Assembly: GCF_030013595.1 (NCBI RefSeq)
Contig: NZ_CP122768.1
DNA: 64,000 bases
Strand: one strand, 5' to 3'
From: Escherichia coli
Lineage (GTDB): Bacteria; Pseudomonadota; Gammaproteobacteria; Enterobacterales; Enterobacteriaceae
Shown in pieces: positions 46,026-58,311 of this stretch. Position 1 is the stretch's first letter, and every line of letters starts with the position of its first letter. The position numbers and the translations under genes are program-made. A model generated the notes under the pieces. It was not told the DNA's origin, did no database searches, and saw nothing but the letters and a program-made list of their open reading frames with translations.

Positions 46026-46685
46026 TTACGCTGCGGTCGGTTGGCGTAGCGGTATGGCACAAACGCGAGGATTAGCGGCCAGTGGCACAAACTGGCGGGT
46101 TGCGCCGTCAAAAGCTGCGATGCTGCCGCTTTCAATGTCGTAGACCCAGCCGTGCAGGGCGATCCGCCCCTCTTCGAGCGCCAGGCGCACCGATGGATGA
46201 GTTTGCAAATTAGCCAACTGAGCAATGACGTTTTCACGTACCATCGCCGCAGCTTTTGACGGTAAATCGGGATGCGGGCGCGCCTCATTAACGACGCGGG
46301 CTGAATCGGCATAACGCAGCCAGTGGGAGACGGCAGGCATATGGTCCATGCACTGACAGCTGGCAATGGCGGTCATCGCGCCACAGTTGGAATGACCGCA
46401 AATCACAATGTCAGATACCCGAAGCGCAGCGACGGCGTACTCCACCGAAGCAGAAACGCCACCGGGTTCTGGCCCGTAGGAAGGGACGATATTGCCCGCG
46501 TTGCGAATAACGAACAGATCGCCAGGTTCACGTTGCGTCACCAGCTCAGGGACCAGACGGCTGTCGGAGCAGGAGATAAAAAGTGTGCGCGGGCTTTGCT
46601 GTGTCGCCAGCTGTTTAAACAAGGCTTCCCGCTTCGGAAATGCCTCGCGCTGGAATTTAAGGAATCCATCAATAATCTCTTTCAC
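46026..46685 (-). CDS. cynT: beta-class carbonic anhydrase
   Basis: 219-aa ORF with CSDSR and HxxCG zinc-ligand motifs. Confidence 0.95.
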   Translation of the reverse strand: MKEIIDGFLKFQREAFPKREALFKQLATQQSPRTLFISCSDSRLVPELVTQREPGDLFVIRNAGNIVPSYGPEPGGVSASVEYAVAALRVSDIVICGHSNCGAMTAIASCQCMDHMPAVSHWLRYADSARVVNEARPHPDLPSKAAAMVRENVIAQLANLQTHPSVRLALEEGRIALHGWVYDIESGSIAAFDGATRQFVPLAANPRVCAIPLRQPTAA

Positions 46686-46794
46686 CGTTAACCTCTGTCT
46701 GTCTCTGTAATGAGAGGCAGACTACTCGCCGATTGTCATAAGGTAAAAGACTCATTTATGATGATTTCTATTGGGTTTACTTATAGGTTGGCAA

Positions 46795-47694
46795 ATGCTC
46801 TATCGACATATCAATTATTTTCTTGCCGTGGCTGAACATGGCAGCTTCACCCGTGCAGCCAGTGCGTTGCACGTCTCCCAGCCAGCACTTTCCCAGCAGA
46901 TTCGCCAGTTAGAGGAAAGTTTAGGCGTGCCGCTGTTTGACCGTAGTGGGCGAACGATTCGTCTCACTGATGCAGGAGAAGTCTGGCGACAGTACGCTAG
47001 CCGGGCGTTACAGGAACTGGGGGCGGGTAAACGGGCGATTCATGATGTTGCCGATCTGACGCGAGGATCGCTGCGTATCGCCGTCACCCCCACCTTTACG
47101 AGCTACTTTATCGGCCCTTTAATGGCGGATTTCTATGCGCGCTACCCCGGCATCACGCTCCAGCTACAGGAAATGTCGCAGGAGAAAATCGAAGATCTGC
47201 TTTGTCGCGACGAGTTGGACGTTGGGATTGCCTTCGCGCCTGTGCATTCGCCGGAGCTGGAGGCAATTCCTTTACTGACAGAAAGTTTAGCGTTAGTCGT
47301 GGCGCAACATCATCCGCTGGCTGCCTGTGAACAGGTGGCGTTGAGTCGCTTGCATGATGAAAAACTGGTCCTGCTCAGCGCGGAATTTGCCACCAGAGAG
47401 CAAATTGACCACTACTGCGAGAAAGCGGGGCTACATCCACAGGTGGTCATTGAGGCGAACTCAATTAGCGCGGTTCTGGAGCTGATTCGCCGCACTTCCC
47501 TTTCCACATTGTTGCCAGCAGCGATTGCCACACAACATGACGGGCTTAAAGCTATATCCCTTGCCCCACCGTTACTGGAGAGAACGGCGGTTTTGTTACG
47601 GCGGAAAAATAGCTGGCAGACAGCCGCCGCGAAGGCATTTTTACACATGGCGTTGGAAGAATGTGCGGATGTTGGCGGGCATGAATCACGGTAG
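46795..47694 (+). CDS. cynR: LysR-family activator of the cyn operon
   Basis: Start at [22 protein letters not shown] (HTH) gives 299 aa; divergent from cynT. Confidence 0.9.
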   Translation: MLYRHINYFLAVAEHGSFTRAASALHVSQPALSQQIRQLEESLGVPLFDRSGRTIRLTDAGEVWRQYASRALQELGAGKRAIHDVADLTRGSLRIAVTPTFTSYFIGPLMADFYARYPGITLQLQEMSQEKIEDLLCRDELDVGIAFAPVHSPELEAIPLLTESLALVVAQHHPLAACEQVALSRLHDEKLVLLSAEFATREQIDHYCEKAGLHPQVVIEANSISAVLELIRRTSLSTLLPAAIATQHDGLKAISLAPPLLERTAVLLRRKNSWQTAAAKAFLHMALEECADVGGHESR

Positions 47695-47733
47695 CCACTG
47701 ACACAGGTCAGTGGCTCTTCAACGCAGAGGAAA

Positions 47734-49017
47734 TTACCGTTTGTAATCGATGGCTTCTGGCTGCTCCAGATATACGGTGGTTTGTGCTGGTTGGGTGCTG
47801 GCAATCACCTTACCGCCACGTACCGAATAGCGCACCGGAACCTGACGGCGCAGCGCGTCAAACCCATTTTCAGCCGGCAGGATAATCAGGTTAGCGCTTT
47901 TTCCGGCGGCAATGCCGTAATCCTGCAAATTCAACGTCCTGGCACTGTGGTGGGTGATTAAATTCAGGCCATCGTTAATCTGCCCGTAGCCCATCAGCTG
48001 GCAAACATGCAGCCCCATATGCAGCACTTGCAGCATATTCGCCGTTCCCAGCGGATACCACGGATCGAAGACATCATCGTGACCAAAGCAGACGTTAATG
48101 CCGGACTCCAGCATCTCTTTAACGCGCGTGATGCCGCGACGTTTTGGATAGGTATCGAAACGTCCTTGCAGATGGATATTGACCAGCGGGTTGGCGACAA
48201 AGTTAATACCGGACATTTTCAGCAAGCGGAACAGGCGTGAGGTATACGCCCCGTTATAGGAGTGCATTGCCGTGGTGTGGCTGGCGGTGACTCGCGTGCC
48301 CATGCCTTCACGGTGCGCCAGGGCAGCAACGGTTTCGACAAAGCGCGACTGTTCGTCATCGATCTCATCACAGTGAACGTCGATGAGACGGTCGTATTTT
48401 TGCGCCAGGGCGAAGGTTTTATGCAGCGACTCCACGCCGTATTCACGGGTAAATTCAAAATGCGGAATCGCCCCAACAACATCTGCCCCTAAGCGTAGCG
48501 CCTCTTCCAGCAACGCTTCACCGTTGGGATACGACAAAATCCCTTCCTGCGGGAAGGCGACGATTTGCAGATCAATCCACGGCGCAACTTCCTGTTTCAC
48601 TTCCAGCATCGCTTTCAACGCAGTCAGCGTTGCGTCGGAGACATCGACATGGGTACGCACATGCTGAATGCCGTTGGCAATCTGCCATTTCAGCGTTTGC
48701 CAGGCGCGTTGTTTCACATCGTCATGGGTTAATAACGCTTTGCGCTCGGCCCAGCGTTCAATGCCTTCAAACAGCGTGCCAGACTGATTCCAGTTCGGTT
48801 GTCCGGCGGTTTGCGTGGTGTCCAGGTGAATATGCGGCTCCACAAACGGCGGTAAAACTAAACCTTGTTCGGCATCCAGGCTGTTTTCAGTTACGGGCAT
48901 CACACCAGATTGCGCATCAATGGCGCTGATTTTTCCGTCCAGCAGATGAATCTGCCACAGCCCCTCTTTGCCGGGTAACCGGGCGTTAATAATTGTCTGT
49001 AAAGCGTTATTCGACAC
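47734..49017 (-). CDS. codA: cytosine deaminase
   Basis: GTG start (V)[15 protein letters not shown] gives 427 aa; amidohydrolase motifs; start overlaps the codB 3' end. Confidence 0.9.
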   Translation of the reverse strand: MSNNALQTIINARLPGKEGLWQIHLLDGKISAIDAQSGVMPVTENSLDAEQGLVLPPFVEPHIHLDTTQTAGQPNWNQSGTLFEGIERWAERKALLTHDDVKQRAWQTLKWQIANGIQHVRTHVDVSDATLTALKAMLEVKQEVAPWIDLQIVAFPQEGILSYPNGEALLEEALRLGADVVGAIPHFEFTREYGVESLHKTFALAQKYDRLIDVHCDEIDDEQSRFVETVAALAHREGMGTRVTASHTTAMHSYNGAYTSRLFRLLKMSGINFVANPLVNIHLQGRFDTYPKRRGITRVKEMLESGINVCFGHDDVFDPWYPLGTANMLQVLHMGLHVCQLMGYGQINDGLNLITHHSARTLNLQDYGIAAGKSANLIILPAENGFDALRRQVPVRYSVRGGKVIASTQPAQTTVYLEQPEAIDYKR

Positions 49018-50266
49018 TGTTAGCCTCCACATGCGTCATTGCAGCCGTCGTTTTGCGATTCAAAATCGGGTTAAGGATCAGATAGCTCAGCGCGCCACCT
49101 AATACCGCGTTGACCGGAACAATACCCGGTAACCAGTGGCCTGCGGCAATCCCCAGCGCGACCGCCAGAATCGCCACCCAATTGACACTCATCATACGCG
49201 TGGTCGCAAAGTGCTCATAGCGGCGACGGTTCATCAGATAGTCAGCGATGATCACGCCCCCTACCGGAGGAATAGCTGCCGAAAGGAAGGTCAGCCAGCC
49301 GACAAAATTGTTATACAACCATAATGCGCAGACCGTACCGATAATACCGTTAATCACCGAAAGGGTTTTACTCGACATACCGGTAATGTTGGCGAAACCT
49401 AAACCCGACGCATAGAGCGCGTTATCGTTGGTGGTCCAGATATTCAGCCCCAGCACCACAATCGCAGGCAGCAGCAGACCCTGAGCAATCATCACATCAG
49501 AGATATCCGCCATCCCCAGTGCCGCAGCGCCCGCTGCACCGAAAATAAACATCAACGAGTTGCCGAGGAAAAAGGCCACCATCGCCACCAGCACCGCCAG
49601 TTTGGCATTGCGACCAAACCGGACAAAGTCAGCGGTGAGCGTGCCCGCGCTGATAAATGACCCCACAACCAGCGCCAGTGCGACATTGAAATCTAACGGT
49701 TGTGCGGGAACGACCGCTTTTAATGCGTCCAGGCCGCCCATGCCGTTAACGGCCAGCCACACGGAATAACCGCCAAGGCAGGCGATAGCCGGAACCGCAA
49801 TCACCGAAAGAACCGTCAGCGCCGAAATGCCAAAGAAGACGGTGACGGTCATCAGTAAACCGGAGACGGCAATCAGCAAATTAATATCCAGCCCGGTTGC
49901 CTTGCCCACCGGAATAGCAAACATCGCCACGCCAACGCCAAACCAGCCAACCTGGGTACCCCCCAGCAGCAGTGAAGGCAGCCATGAGCCTTTAACACCA
50001 AACGAGAAGCGAGCAAGAAGATGGGTGGTCAGGCCGGTTTTTGCGCCAATGTAACCAAGAAATGAAGTGTAAATACCGAGGAGAAGATTACCGATGAGGA
50101 CTGCGAGGAAGAAATCATGATAGCTAAGACCGGTTCCGAGAGTGCCGCCGGTCCACATACTGGCGGAAAAGAAGGTTAATCCCAGCATGACGAACGTCAA
50201 TGCCAATACCCCTTTCCGCGCCGACTGCGGGACTGGCCCCTGGCTAAAGTTGTTATCTTGCGACAC
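49007..50266 (-). CDS. codB: cytosine permease
   Basis: 419-aa multi-TM NCS1-family ORF. Confidence 0.95.
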   Translation of the reverse strand: MSQDNNFSQGPVPQSARKGVLALTFVMLGLTFFSASMWTGGTLGTGLSYHDFFLAVLIGNLLLGIYTSFLGYIGAKTGLTTHLLARFSFGVKGSWLPSLLLGGTQVGWFGVGVAMFAIPVGKATGLDINLLIAVSGLLMTVTVFFGISALTVLSVIAVPAIACLGGYSVWLAVNGMGGLDALKAVVPAQPLDFNVALALVVGSFISAGTLTADFVRFGRNAKLAVLVAMVAFFLGNSLMFIFGAAGAAALGMADISDVMIAQGLLLPAIVVLGLNIWTTNDNALYASGLGFANITGMSSKTLSVINGIIGTVCALWLYNNFVGWLTFLSAAIPPVGGVIIADYLMNRRRYEHFATTRMMSVNWVAILAVALGIAAGHWLPGIVPVNAVLGGALSYLILNPILNRKTTAAMTHVEANSVE

Positions 50267-50332
50267 GAAATTCCCCCTTTTTGCTGTTTGAAACCCAAAA
50301 AATCCGCCGCATTCTATTCATCTGAAGATAAA

Positions 50333-50348
50333 AAGCAATCGTTTTCGT
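50333..50348 (-). promoter_or_regulatory. PurR-box-like site ACGAAAACGATTGCTT upstream of codB
   Basis: Minus-strand 16-mer resembling the PurR operator consensus, about 70-80 bp upstream of the codB start. Confidence 0.4.
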
Positions 50349-50547
50349 GGGGGAATATATTTTTTATATGAATGAGTGCAAAAAGGTGGGGGAAAAATTA
50401 TCGGTGTAAAAACAGTGGGTAGGTATGAGAAGACGCGTCAGCGTCGCATCTGGCATCGGCGCATGGTGTCGAATGCGCCACGCGACGCATCCGACAACAA
50501 CCTACTCTTCTATCGCCTGGCGGATCTGATCCAACGACGCAGGATCA

Positions 50548-52338
50548 TCAATGGTCGTCAGATCCCCAGGATCGCGTTTTCGGCAATTGCGAGACAAACC
50601 AGACGTGCGCCGGGCGACCAAAGTTGCCAATCTGGCTGTCCACCAGCGCCATAATCGCCTTCTCTTGCGAATGCGCCACCTCGCGGTCTTCCAGACTGTC
50701 GCTCTCTTTCGGAATGACAAACGCCACCGCCACCTGCCCTTTCAGCGCATCTTTCACCCCAACCACCGCCACTTCGGCAACGCCCGGATGACTGGAGATA
50801 CTCTCTTCAATCTCGCGCGTCCCCAGCCGATGCCCGGCAACGTTAATCACATCGTCAGTGCGCCCGAGAATAAAGTGATAACCGTCAGCATCGCGGATAC
50901 CCCAGTCAAAAGTGGCGTACACCGGACGGGAAAACAGCGACCAGTACGTCTTCACAAAGCGGTCGTCGTCGCCCCAGATGGTCTGAATACAGCCCGGCGG
51001 CAGCGGCCCTTCTACCACCAGCATCCCTTTCTCGTTGACGCCACACGGTTCGCCGGTGACTTCATTAAGCAACTGCACGTTATAGCCATACATCGGCACG
51101 CCGGGGCTTCCCAGACGCGTCGGCCTGTCGTCCAGACCGCGAGCAATCGCCATAATCGGCCAGCCGGATTCGGTCTGCCAGTAGTTGTCGATGACCGGCA
51201 CATCCAGCGTATTGCTCACCCAACTGGCGGTCGGCTCGTCCAGCGGTTCTCCAGCCAGATAGAGCACTTCCAGCGACGAGAGATCGTGTTTGCGAATTTC
51301 AGCGGTAGGGAATTTTTTCAGCACGCGAATGGCGGTCGGCGCTGAGAACATGCGGCTAACCTGATATTTCTCGACGATTTTCCACCACACGCCGCAGTCC
51401 GGCCAGGTCGGTAATCCTTCGTAAACGATAGTCGCCATCCCCGCCAGCAGCGGCGCGTAGACGATATACGAATGCCCCACCACCCAGCCGATATCCGAAG
51501 CACAAAAGAACACACCGCCCGCTTTGCCGCCAAAAATGGTGTCCATCGAGGTCGCCAGCGCCACCGCATATCCGCCGACGTCACGCTGCACGCCTTTAGG
51601 TTTGCCGGTCGTGCCGGAGGTGTAAAGAATGCAGGAGGTTTCGTTGGATTCCAGCCACGCCACTGGCACCCGCGCGCCGATGTGTTGATGGCGCAACGAC
51701 GCGAAATCGACATCCCGCCCGCTGACGCGCGCCATTTTCGCCAGCCCGCGATCCACCAGTAAAACGTGGCGCGGCTGATGCTGCGCCTGACTTATCGCAT
51801 CGTCGAGTAATTTTTTATAGGGAATGATTTTGCCACCGCGCGCTCCGGCATCAGCCGAGACAATCAGCACCGGTTTAGCATCATCAATTCGCGCCGCCAC
51901 GCTGTGCGAGGCAAATCCCCCAAACACCACCGAGTGAATAGCGCCAATGCGCGCGCAGGCCAGCAGAGTAATATGCGCTTCGGCAATCATCGGCATATAC
52001 ACCAGCACCCGATCGCCACGCTGCACGCCCAGTGAGCGCAGCATTGACGCCACCGCGTTCACTTCGTCATGCAGCTGACGAAAGGTAAAGGTGCGCTCTT
52101 CTTCTGTTTCCGAAGAGACGGCAATCAGCGCCAGCGCCTCTGGCTGTTTCTCCAGCCAGCGGTCGATAGCGTTGTGGCACAAGTTGGTTCGGCCTTCACA
52201 AAACCAACGGGCAAACGGCGGGTTGCTGTGGTCGAGCGTTTGCGTAAAGGGCGTCTGCCAGTCAATACGCCGGGCCTGCTCGGCCCAGAACTGCTCCGGT
52301 TCGTTAATCGAACGCTGATAAAATTCGCTAAAAGACAT
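50548..52338 (-). CDS. prpE: propionate--CoA ligase PrpE, C-terminus frameshifted (possible pseudogene)
   Basis: 596-aa acyl-CoA synthetase ORF ending ...LPKTRSWGSDDH; the expected C-terminus (...RDPGDLTTIDDPASLDQIRQAIEE) lies in another frame at 50502..50720. Confidence 0.85.
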   Translation of the reverse strand: MSFSEFYQRSINEPEQFWAEQARRIDWQTPFTQTLDHSNPPFARWFCEGRTNLCHNAIDRWLEKQPEALALIAVSSETEEERTFTFRQLHDEVNAVASMLRSLGVQRGDRVLVYMPMIAEAHITLLACARIGAIHSVVFGGFASHSVAARIDDAKPVLIVSADAGARGGKIIPYKKLLDDAISQAQHQPRHVLLVDRGLAKMARVSGRDVDFASLRHQHIGARVPVAWLESNETSCILYTSGTTGKPKGVQRDVGGYAVALATSMDTIFGGKAGGVFFCASDIGWVVGHSYIVYAPLLAGMATIVYEGLPTWPDCGVWWKIVEKYQVSRMFSAPTAIRVLKKFPTAEIRKHDLSSLEVLYLAGEPLDEPTASWVSNTLDVPVIDNYWQTESGWPIMAIARGLDDRPTRLGSPGVPMYGYNVQLLNEVTGEPCGVNEKGMLVVEGPLPPGCIQTIWGDDDRFVKTYWSLFSRPVYATFDWGIRDADGYHFILGRTDDVINVAGHRLGTREIEESISSHPGVAEVAVVGVKDALKGQVAVAFVIPKESDSLEDREVAHSQEKAIMALVDSQIGNFGRPAHVWFVSQLPKTRSWGSDDH

Positions 52339-52377
52339 AATGCTCTCCTGTTGAACTTACGCCTTACCGCCGTTTAC

Positions 52378-53829
52378 TTAAATGACGTACAGGTCGAGAT
52401 ACTCATTGACCGGCATCTGTTCCAGGCGAGCTCTGTCGAGAGAAACCTCCAGAATGCGCTGTTGCTGGCGAGTCGGGAACTGGCGCGCGAGATTGATTTT
52501 GAATTTATCGACCAGTTTCGGAATGCCATCCTGACGGCGGCGAGCATGACCAATGGGGTACTCCACCACCACTTCTTCAAAGCGCGTGCCGTCGGTGAAC
52601 TCAAGGGTTATGGCATTGGCGATGGCACGTTTTTCCGGGTCGTGGTAGTCAGCGGTAAATGCCGGATCTTCAAAGCAATTGATCTTCTCGCGCAGGGCGT
52701 CGATGCGTTTATCTTGCGCAACGTTGTCCTCGTAATCTGCCGCCGTTAAGCGTCCGAACAGCAGCGGGATCGCCACCATGTACTGAATGCAGTGGTCGCG
52801 GTCTGCCGGGTTATTGAGCGGTCCTTTTTTGTCGATGATGCGAATACAGGCTTCGTGGGTGCGAATGGTCACTTTTTCGATATCTGCCGCCGTTTTGCCT
52901 GCTGCCTGCATCTGTTCATAGAGCGTCATCGCTGCTTCAACTGCCGTCTGGGAGTGGAACTCCGCCGGGAAGGAGATTTTGAACAGCACATTTTCCATGA
53001 CGTAAGAACCGTACGGGCGCTGGAAGCGGAACGATTCACCTTTGAAGGAGACGTCGTAGAAGCCCCATACCGGCGCAGTCAGGGCTGACGGGTAACCCAT
53101 TTCGCCCGTTTTCGCCATCAGTGCCAGACGTACCGCGCGGGAAGTGGCATCGCCCGCCGCCCAGGATTTACGCGTGCCGGTGTTCGGCGCATGGCGATAG
53201 GTGCGCAGCGACTGACCGTCCACCCACGCCAGCGAAACGGCGTTGAGAATTTCCTCGCGGGTCAGGCCGAGCATTTCGGCGACCACGGCGGTGGAAGCCA
53301 CTTTCACTAACAGAACGTGGTCGAGGCCGACGCGGTTAAAGGAGTTTTCCAGCGCGATGCAGCCCTGAATTTCATGGGCTTTGATCATTCCGGTCAGCAC
53401 CTGCTTCATGGTCAACGGCGCTTTGCCGCTAGCGACCGCGTTGCGCGAAAGCCAGTCCGCCGTTGCCAGAATGCCGCCGAGGTTGTCGGAAGGATGGCCC
53501 CACTCCGCCGCCAGCCAGGTATCGTTGAAATCGAGCCAACGGATCATCGCGCCGATGTTAAATGCCGCCTGGACGGGGTCGAGCTGGAACTGAGTTCCGG
53601 GGACACGCACGCCGTTGGGTACGACGGTGCCAGGGACAATTGGCCCCAGCAGTTTTTTACAGGCCGGGTATTCGAGAGCTTCCAGACCGCAGCCGAGCGT
53701 GTCGAGCAGGCAGTAATGTGCGGTCTCGTAGGCCACTCTGGAGCTGATTTCGTAGTTCATCACGTAATCGACGATATCAACGATTTCACGATCAAATTCC
53801 GGGCGGATGTTGTTGATTTGAGCTGACAT
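52378..53829 (-). CDS. prpD: 2-methylcitrate dehydratase
   Basis: 483-aa ORF, MmgE/PrpD family. Confidence 0.95.
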   Translation of the reverse strand: MSAQINNIRPEFDREIVDIVDYVMNYEISSRVAYETAHYCLLDTLGCGLEALEYPACKKLLGPIVPGTVVPNGVRVPGTQFQLDPVQAAFNIGAMIRWLDFNDTWLAAEWGHPSDNLGGILATADWLSRNAVASGKAPLTMKQVLTGMIKAHEIQGCIALENSFNRVGLDHVLLVKVASTAVVAEMLGLTREEILNAVSLAWVDGQSLRTYRHAPNTGTRKSWAAGDATSRAVRLALMAKTGEMGYPSALTAPVWGFYDVSFKGESFRFQRPYGSYVMENVLFKISFPAEFHSQTAVEAAMTLYEQMQAAGKTAADIEKVTIRTHEACIRIIDKKGPLNNPADRDHCIQYMVAIPLLFGRLTAADYEDNVAQDKRIDALREKINCFEDPAFTADYHDPEKRAIANAITLEFTDGTRFEEVVVEYPIGHARRRQDGIPKLVDKFKINLARQFPTRQQQRILEVSLDRARLEQMPVNEYLDLYVI

Positions 53830-53862
53830 TGGGTACGTTTCCTTATTGTTATTCGTAGAGGT

Positions 53863-55032
53863 TTACTGGCGCTTATCCAGCGCGACAAACTGGCGGTCTT
53901 CCGGTCCAACATAATTGGCGGAAGGACGGATAATTTTGTTGTCCTGACGTTGTTCGATAATGTGCGCCGCCCAGCCGGTGACGCGGGCGATAACAAACAG
54001 TGGGGTGAACATCTCGGTGGGAACGCCCATCATGTTGTAGGAAACAGCGGAGAACCAGTCGAGATTGGGGAACATCTTTTTGCTCTCCCACATCACTGTT
54101 TCCAGGCGATCGGCGATGTTATACATCTTCAGCGAACCGCCTTCCTGCGAGAGCTGCTTCGCCACGCGTTTGATCACCTGATGACGCGGGTCGGCGATGG
54201 TATAAACCGGATGACCAAAACCAATGACCACTTCTTTGTTTTCCACCCGCTTGCGGATATCGGCTTCGGCTTCGTCCGGCGTTTCGTAGCGTTGCTGGAT
54301 CTCCAGCGACACTTCATTCGCCCCGCCGTGCTTCGGCCCGCGCAGTGCACCAATCGCGCCAATAATCGCGGAATACATATCAGAGCCGGTGCCCGCAATC
54401 ACCCGGCTGGTAAAGGTGGAGGCGTTAAACTCGTGTTCGGCGTACAGCACCAGCGAAATATGCATCGCCTTTTCCCAGCTTTGCGATGGCTTTTCGCCGT
54501 GCAGCAGATGCAGGAAGTGACCGCCGATGGAGTCGTCATCGGTTTCCGGCTGGATGCGTTCGCCGTTGTGGCTGTAGTGATACCAGTAGAGAAGAATCGA
54601 GCTAAGTGACGCCAGCAGTTTGTCGGCAATATCCCGCGCACCAGATACAGTGTGCCCCTCTTTTTCCGGCAGTGTGCAGCCGAGCGCGGAAACGCCGGTG
54701 CGCATAACATCCATCGGGTGCGACGCCGCTGGTAAGGCTTCCAGCACAGTACGCACGTTAGCCGGTAAACCGCGCAGAGCTTTCAGTTTCGTTTTGTAGG
54801 CGGCGAGTTCGTCACGGGTCGGCAGTTTGCCGTGGATCAGCAGATGCGCCACTTCTTCAAATTCGCAATGTTCCGCCAGATCAAGAATGTCGTAGCCGCG
54901 GTAATGCAAATCATTGCCACTTTTACCCACGGTGCAGAGCGCCGTATTGCCCGCCGGAACGCCAGAAAGTGCCACCGATTTTTTCGGTTTAATGACATGG
55001 GTACTGTTTTGCAGGATCGTTGTGTCGCTCAT
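53863..55032 (-). CDS. prpC: 2-methylcitrate synthase
   Basis: 389-aa citrate-synthase-family ORF. Confidence 0.95.
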   Translation of the reverse strand: MSDTTILQNSTHVIKPKKSVALSGVPAGNTALCTVGKSGNDLHYRGYDILDLAEHCEFEEVAHLLIHGKLPTRDELAAYKTKLKALRGLPANVRTVLEALPAASHPMDVMRTGVSALGCTLPEKEGHTVSGARDIADKLLASLSSILLYWYHYSHNGERIQPETDDDSIGGHFLHLLHGEKPSQSWEKAMHISLVLYAEHEFNASTFTSRVIAGTGSDMYSAIIGAIGALRGPKHGGANEVSLEIQQRYETPDEAEADIRKRVENKEVVIGFGHPVYTIADPRHQVIKRVAKQLSQEGGSLKMYNIADRLETVMWESKKMFPNLDWFSAVSYNMMGVPTEMFTPLFVIARVTGWAAHIIEQRQDNKIIRPSANYVGPEDRQFVALDKRQ

Positions 55033-55076
55033 ATTGTCCTCGTCATTTGTAGGGTCGAGATATTTTTCGTTGTGTT

Positions 55077-55967
55077 TTATTTCACCTGGCTACGGGCAAA
55101 CAGCTCGTCGAGCTTCTCTTCGTACTGGTAGTAGTTGATGCTTTCGTACAGCTCGTTGCGGGTTTGCATGGTGTCGATGACACTTTTCTGCGTGCCTTCC
55201 TGACGCAGGACGTTGTAGACATGTTCGGCGGCGCGGTTCATGGCGCGAAACGCTGAAAGCGGGTACAGCGCCATTGAGACATGGGCGCTGCGTAATTCAT
55301 CGGTAGTAAACAGCGGTGTTGCGCCAAATTCGGTAATGTTGGCGAGGATTGGCACCTGCACCGCATCGGCAAACTGGCGGTACATGGCGAGTTCGGTAAT
55401 CGCCTCCGGGAACAACATCTCGGCACCCGCTTCAACATAGGCCTGCGCACGCTCGATCGCCGCATCCAGCCCCTCTACCGCCAGCGCATCGGTGCGCGCC
55501 ATGATCACAAAATCAGGATCGGTTTTCGCATCCACCGCCGCGCGGATCCGATCCACCATCTCCTCTTTCGAGACGATCGCTTTGTTCGGACGATGACCGC
55601 AGCGTTTCGCACCAACCTGATCTTCAATATGCAATCCTGCCGCACCGGCTTTAATCATCGATTTCACGGTGCGCGCCACGTTAAAAGCAGAAGAACCAAA
55701 ACCGATATCCGCATCCACCAGCAGCGGCAGCGAACAAACGTCGGTGATACGGCGAATATCTGTCAGCACGTCATCAAGAGTAGAAATACCGAGATCGGGC
55801 AGCCCCAGCGACCCTGCCGCCACGCCACCGCCGGAGAGATAAATTGCCTGATATCCGGCACGCTGCGCCAACAGCGCATGGTTGGCGTTAATGGTGCCAA
55901 CAATCTGCAATGGATTTTCTTTAGACAGTGCAGCGCGAAACGCTTTACCTGGAGAGTGTAGAGACAT
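55077..55967 (-). CDS. prpB: 2-methylisocitrate lyase
   Basis: 296-aa ORF, isocitrate lyase/PEP mutase family. Confidence 0.95.
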   Translation of the reverse strand: MSLHSPGKAFRAALSKENPLQIVGTINANHALLAQRAGYQAIYLSGGGVAAGSLGLPDLGISTLDDVLTDIRRITDVCSLPLLVDADIGFGSSAFNVARTVKSMIKAGAAGLHIEDQVGAKRCGHRPNKAIVSKEEMVDRIRAAVDAKTDPDFVIMARTDALAVEGLDAAIERAQAYVEAGAEMLFPEAITELAMYRQFADAVQVPILANITEFGATPLFTTDELRSAHVSMALYPLSAFRAMNRAAEHVYNVLRQEGTQKSVIDTMQTRNELYESINYYQYEEKLDELFARSQVK

Positions 55968-56013
55968 AGCCCATCCTTTGTTATCAACTTGTTATTTGCG
56001 TTGATAAACACAA

Positions 56014-56029
56014 AGCAAGGGGTGTGCCA
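56014..56029 (-). promoter_or_regulatory. sigma-54 promoter of prpBCDE (TGGCAC-N5-TTGCT)
   Basis: Minus-strand TGGCACACCCCTTGCT about 50 bp upstream of prpB; PrpR is a sigma-54 activator. Confidence 0.7.
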
Positions 56030-56205
56030 CAATTGTCTTAATAAAATTAAATGTTTAATTTCAATTTGTTAGCAATATAGTCATGAAGTAATCCGCAAAT
56101 ATGCGTTTCAGTTAACGTTTCAGGCAATGTTTCACCGCGTTTCATTGCAACAATTATGAAACAAGACTAAACCCAATATTCGGTTTCTTAACTTTGCGGT
56201 GCGCT

Positions 56206-57792
56206 ATGGCACATCCACCACGGCTGAATGACGACAAACCGGTTATCTGGACGGTATCTGTAACGCGCCTGTTCGAGCTGTTTCGCGATATCAGCCTCGA
56301 GTTTGATCATCTGGCGAACATTACCCCTATCCAGCTTGGCTTTGAAAAAGCGGTGACCTACATCCGCAAGAAACTGGCCAGCGAACGCTGCGACGCCATC
56401 ATCGCTGCTGGCTCTAACGGCGCATATCTTAAAAGCCGCCTGTCAGTGCCAGTTATTTTGATTAAACCGAGCGGCTACGATGTGTTACAGGCACTGGCAA
56501 AAGCCGGAAAGCTCACCTCTTCTATCGGCGTTGTCACTTATCAGGAAACTATTCCGGCGCTGGTGGCGTTTCAAAAAACCTTTAATTTGCGCCTCGACCA
56601 ACGTAGCTACATTACCGAAGAAGACGCGCGCGGGCAGATTAACGAGCTGAAAGCTAACGGCACCGAAGCGGTGGTCGGCGCGGGGCTGATTACCGATCTG
56701 GCAGAAGAAGCCGGAATGACTGGAATTTTTATCTATTCCGCCGCCACCGTGCGCCAGGCGTTCAGCGATGCGCTGGATATGACGCGCATGTCGTTACGCC
56801 ATAACACTCACGATGCTACCCGTAACGCCCTGCGTACTCGTTACGTGCTAGGCGATATGCTCGGTCAATCACCACAGATGGAACAGGTGCGGCAGACTAT
56901 TTTGCTGTATGCCCGCTCCAGTGCAGCGGTGTTGATTGAAGGGGAAACGGGGACAGGCAAAGAGCTGGCGGCCCAGGCGATTCATCGGGAATATTTTGCC
57001 CGCCACGATGCGCGACAGGGCAAAAAGTCGCATCCGTTTGTTGCCGTCAACTGCGGGGCGATTGCCGAATCGCTGCTGGAAGCGGAGCTGTTTGGCTATG
57101 AGGAAGGGGCGTTTACCGGCTCGCGACGCGGAGGTCGCGCCGGGCTGTTCGAAATTGCCCACGGCGGTACGCTGTTTCTGGATGAGATTGGCGAAATGCC
57201 GCTACCTTTGCAGACTCGCCTGTTACGGGTGCTGGAAGAAAAAGAGGTCACCCGCGTCGGCGGGCATCAGCCTGTTCCGGTAGATGTACGGGTCATTAGC
57301 GCCACTCACTGCAATCTGGAAGAAGATATGCAGCAAGGACGTTTTCGCCGTGATCTGTTTTATCGGCTGAGTATTTTGCGTCTGCAATTGCCACCACTGC
57401 GCGAGCGGGTGGCGGATATTCTTCCGCTGGCGGAAAGCTTTTTGAAAGTGTCTCTGGCGGCGCTCTCCGCCCCGTTTTCTGCCGCATTACGCCAGGGATT
57501 ACAGGCAAGCGAAACCGTGCTGGTGCAATACGACTGGCCAGGCAATATTCGTGAACTGCGCAATATGATGGAGCGACTGGCGCTATTTTTAAGTGTGGAA
57601 CCGACGCCGGATTTAACGCCGCAGTTTTTGCAGCTGCTACTGCCGGAACTGGCGCGCGAGTCGTCGAAAACTCCCGCTCCACGCTTACTGACACCACAAC
57701 AGGCACTGGAGAAATTTAATGGCGATAAAACAGCAGCGGCGAATTATTTAGGCATCAGCCGGACGACGTTCTGGCGGCGGCTGAAAAGCTGA
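56206..57792 (+). CDS. prpR: sigma-54-dependent activator of the prp operon
   Basis: Start at [15 protein letters not shown] gives 528 aa; AAA+ domain with GETGTGKE and GAFTG motifs, C-terminal HTH. Confidence 0.95.
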   Translation: MAHPPRLNDDKPVIWTVSVTRLFELFRDISLEFDHLANITPIQLGFEKAVTYIRKKLASERCDAIIAAGSNGAYLKSRLSVPVILIKPSGYDVLQALAKAGKLTSSIGVVTYQETIPALVAFQKTFNLRLDQRSYITEEDARGQINELKANGTEAVVGAGLITDLAEEAGMTGIFIYSAATVRQAFSDALDMTRMSLRHNTHDATRNALRTRYVLGDMLGQSPQMEQVRQTILLYARSSAAVLIEGETGTGKELAAQAIHREYFARHDARQGKKSHPFVAVNCGAIAESLLEAELFGYEEGAFTGSRRGGRAGLFEIAHGGTLFLDEIGEMPLPLQTRLLRVLEEKEVTRVGGHQPVPVDVRVISATHCNLEEDMQQGRFRRDLFYRLSILRLQLPPLRERVADILPLAESFLKVSLAALSAPFSAALRQGLQASETVLVQYDWPGNIRELRNMMERLALFLSVEPTPDLTPQFLQLLLPELARESSKTPAPRLLTPQQALEKFNGDKTAAANYLGISRTTFWRRLKS

Positions 57793-57889
57793 ACTGCCGA
57801 ATGCAGCGCGAACGCTTTATCCGGCATAAATTTCAATAGATGATCACCGATAAACTTACGCATCGGAGATGTTTACATAGGATTCAGAA

Positions 57890-58165
57890 TTACTTCTTCT
57901 TATAAATATTTGCCGTGCCGTGGATCTTATTGTCAGTTTGACCGGAGGTCAGTACCAACACATCAGCCCCTTTTTCATCCGCTTTTTTGATCAAATCTTC
58001 TTTTGCATCTGCAGTCGACATTTCATTGCTGGTTGAAATATCACCTATTTTTTCATACTGCGATTCAACTTTTTCAAATTCCGCTTTGGTCATCAATTCA
58101 GCGGCATAGACATTGGTAACGGCTAACGCTAACGCACCGACTAACATTTTAGAGATTATTTTCAT
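57890..58165 (-). CDS. yahO: periplasmic DUF1471 protein YahO
   Basis: 91-aa ORF with signal peptide [21 protein letters not shown]. Confidence 0.85.
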   Translation of the reverse strand: MKIISKMLVGALALAVTNVYAAELMTKAEFEKVESQYEKIGDISTSNEMSTADAKEDLIKKADEKGADVLVLTSGQTDNKIHGTANIYKKK

Positions 58166-58311
58166 ATTACGGCTCCAGAGTTGTTATCACACTATCACCC
58201 ACCCACATTATTGGGTTGATTAATAATTAGTTCAGTCAGGGCATAAACGCCAGTAACCGGAAATAAGACACTTTGTGATCTCTCTCGCACCCGATTATTT
58301 TTGGTAGAAAT

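Noticed and set aside
50420..50480. GC-rich imperfect palindromes downstream of prpE (GGCGCAT...ATGCGCC) as a possible REP or terminator
   Set aside because: The arms are short and imperfect and I could not define a consistent stem and U-tract; left unassigned.
50551..51345. 264-aa plus-strand ORF, and 52069..52749
   Set aside because: Antisense to prpE and prpD in GC-rich coding sequence; no motifs.
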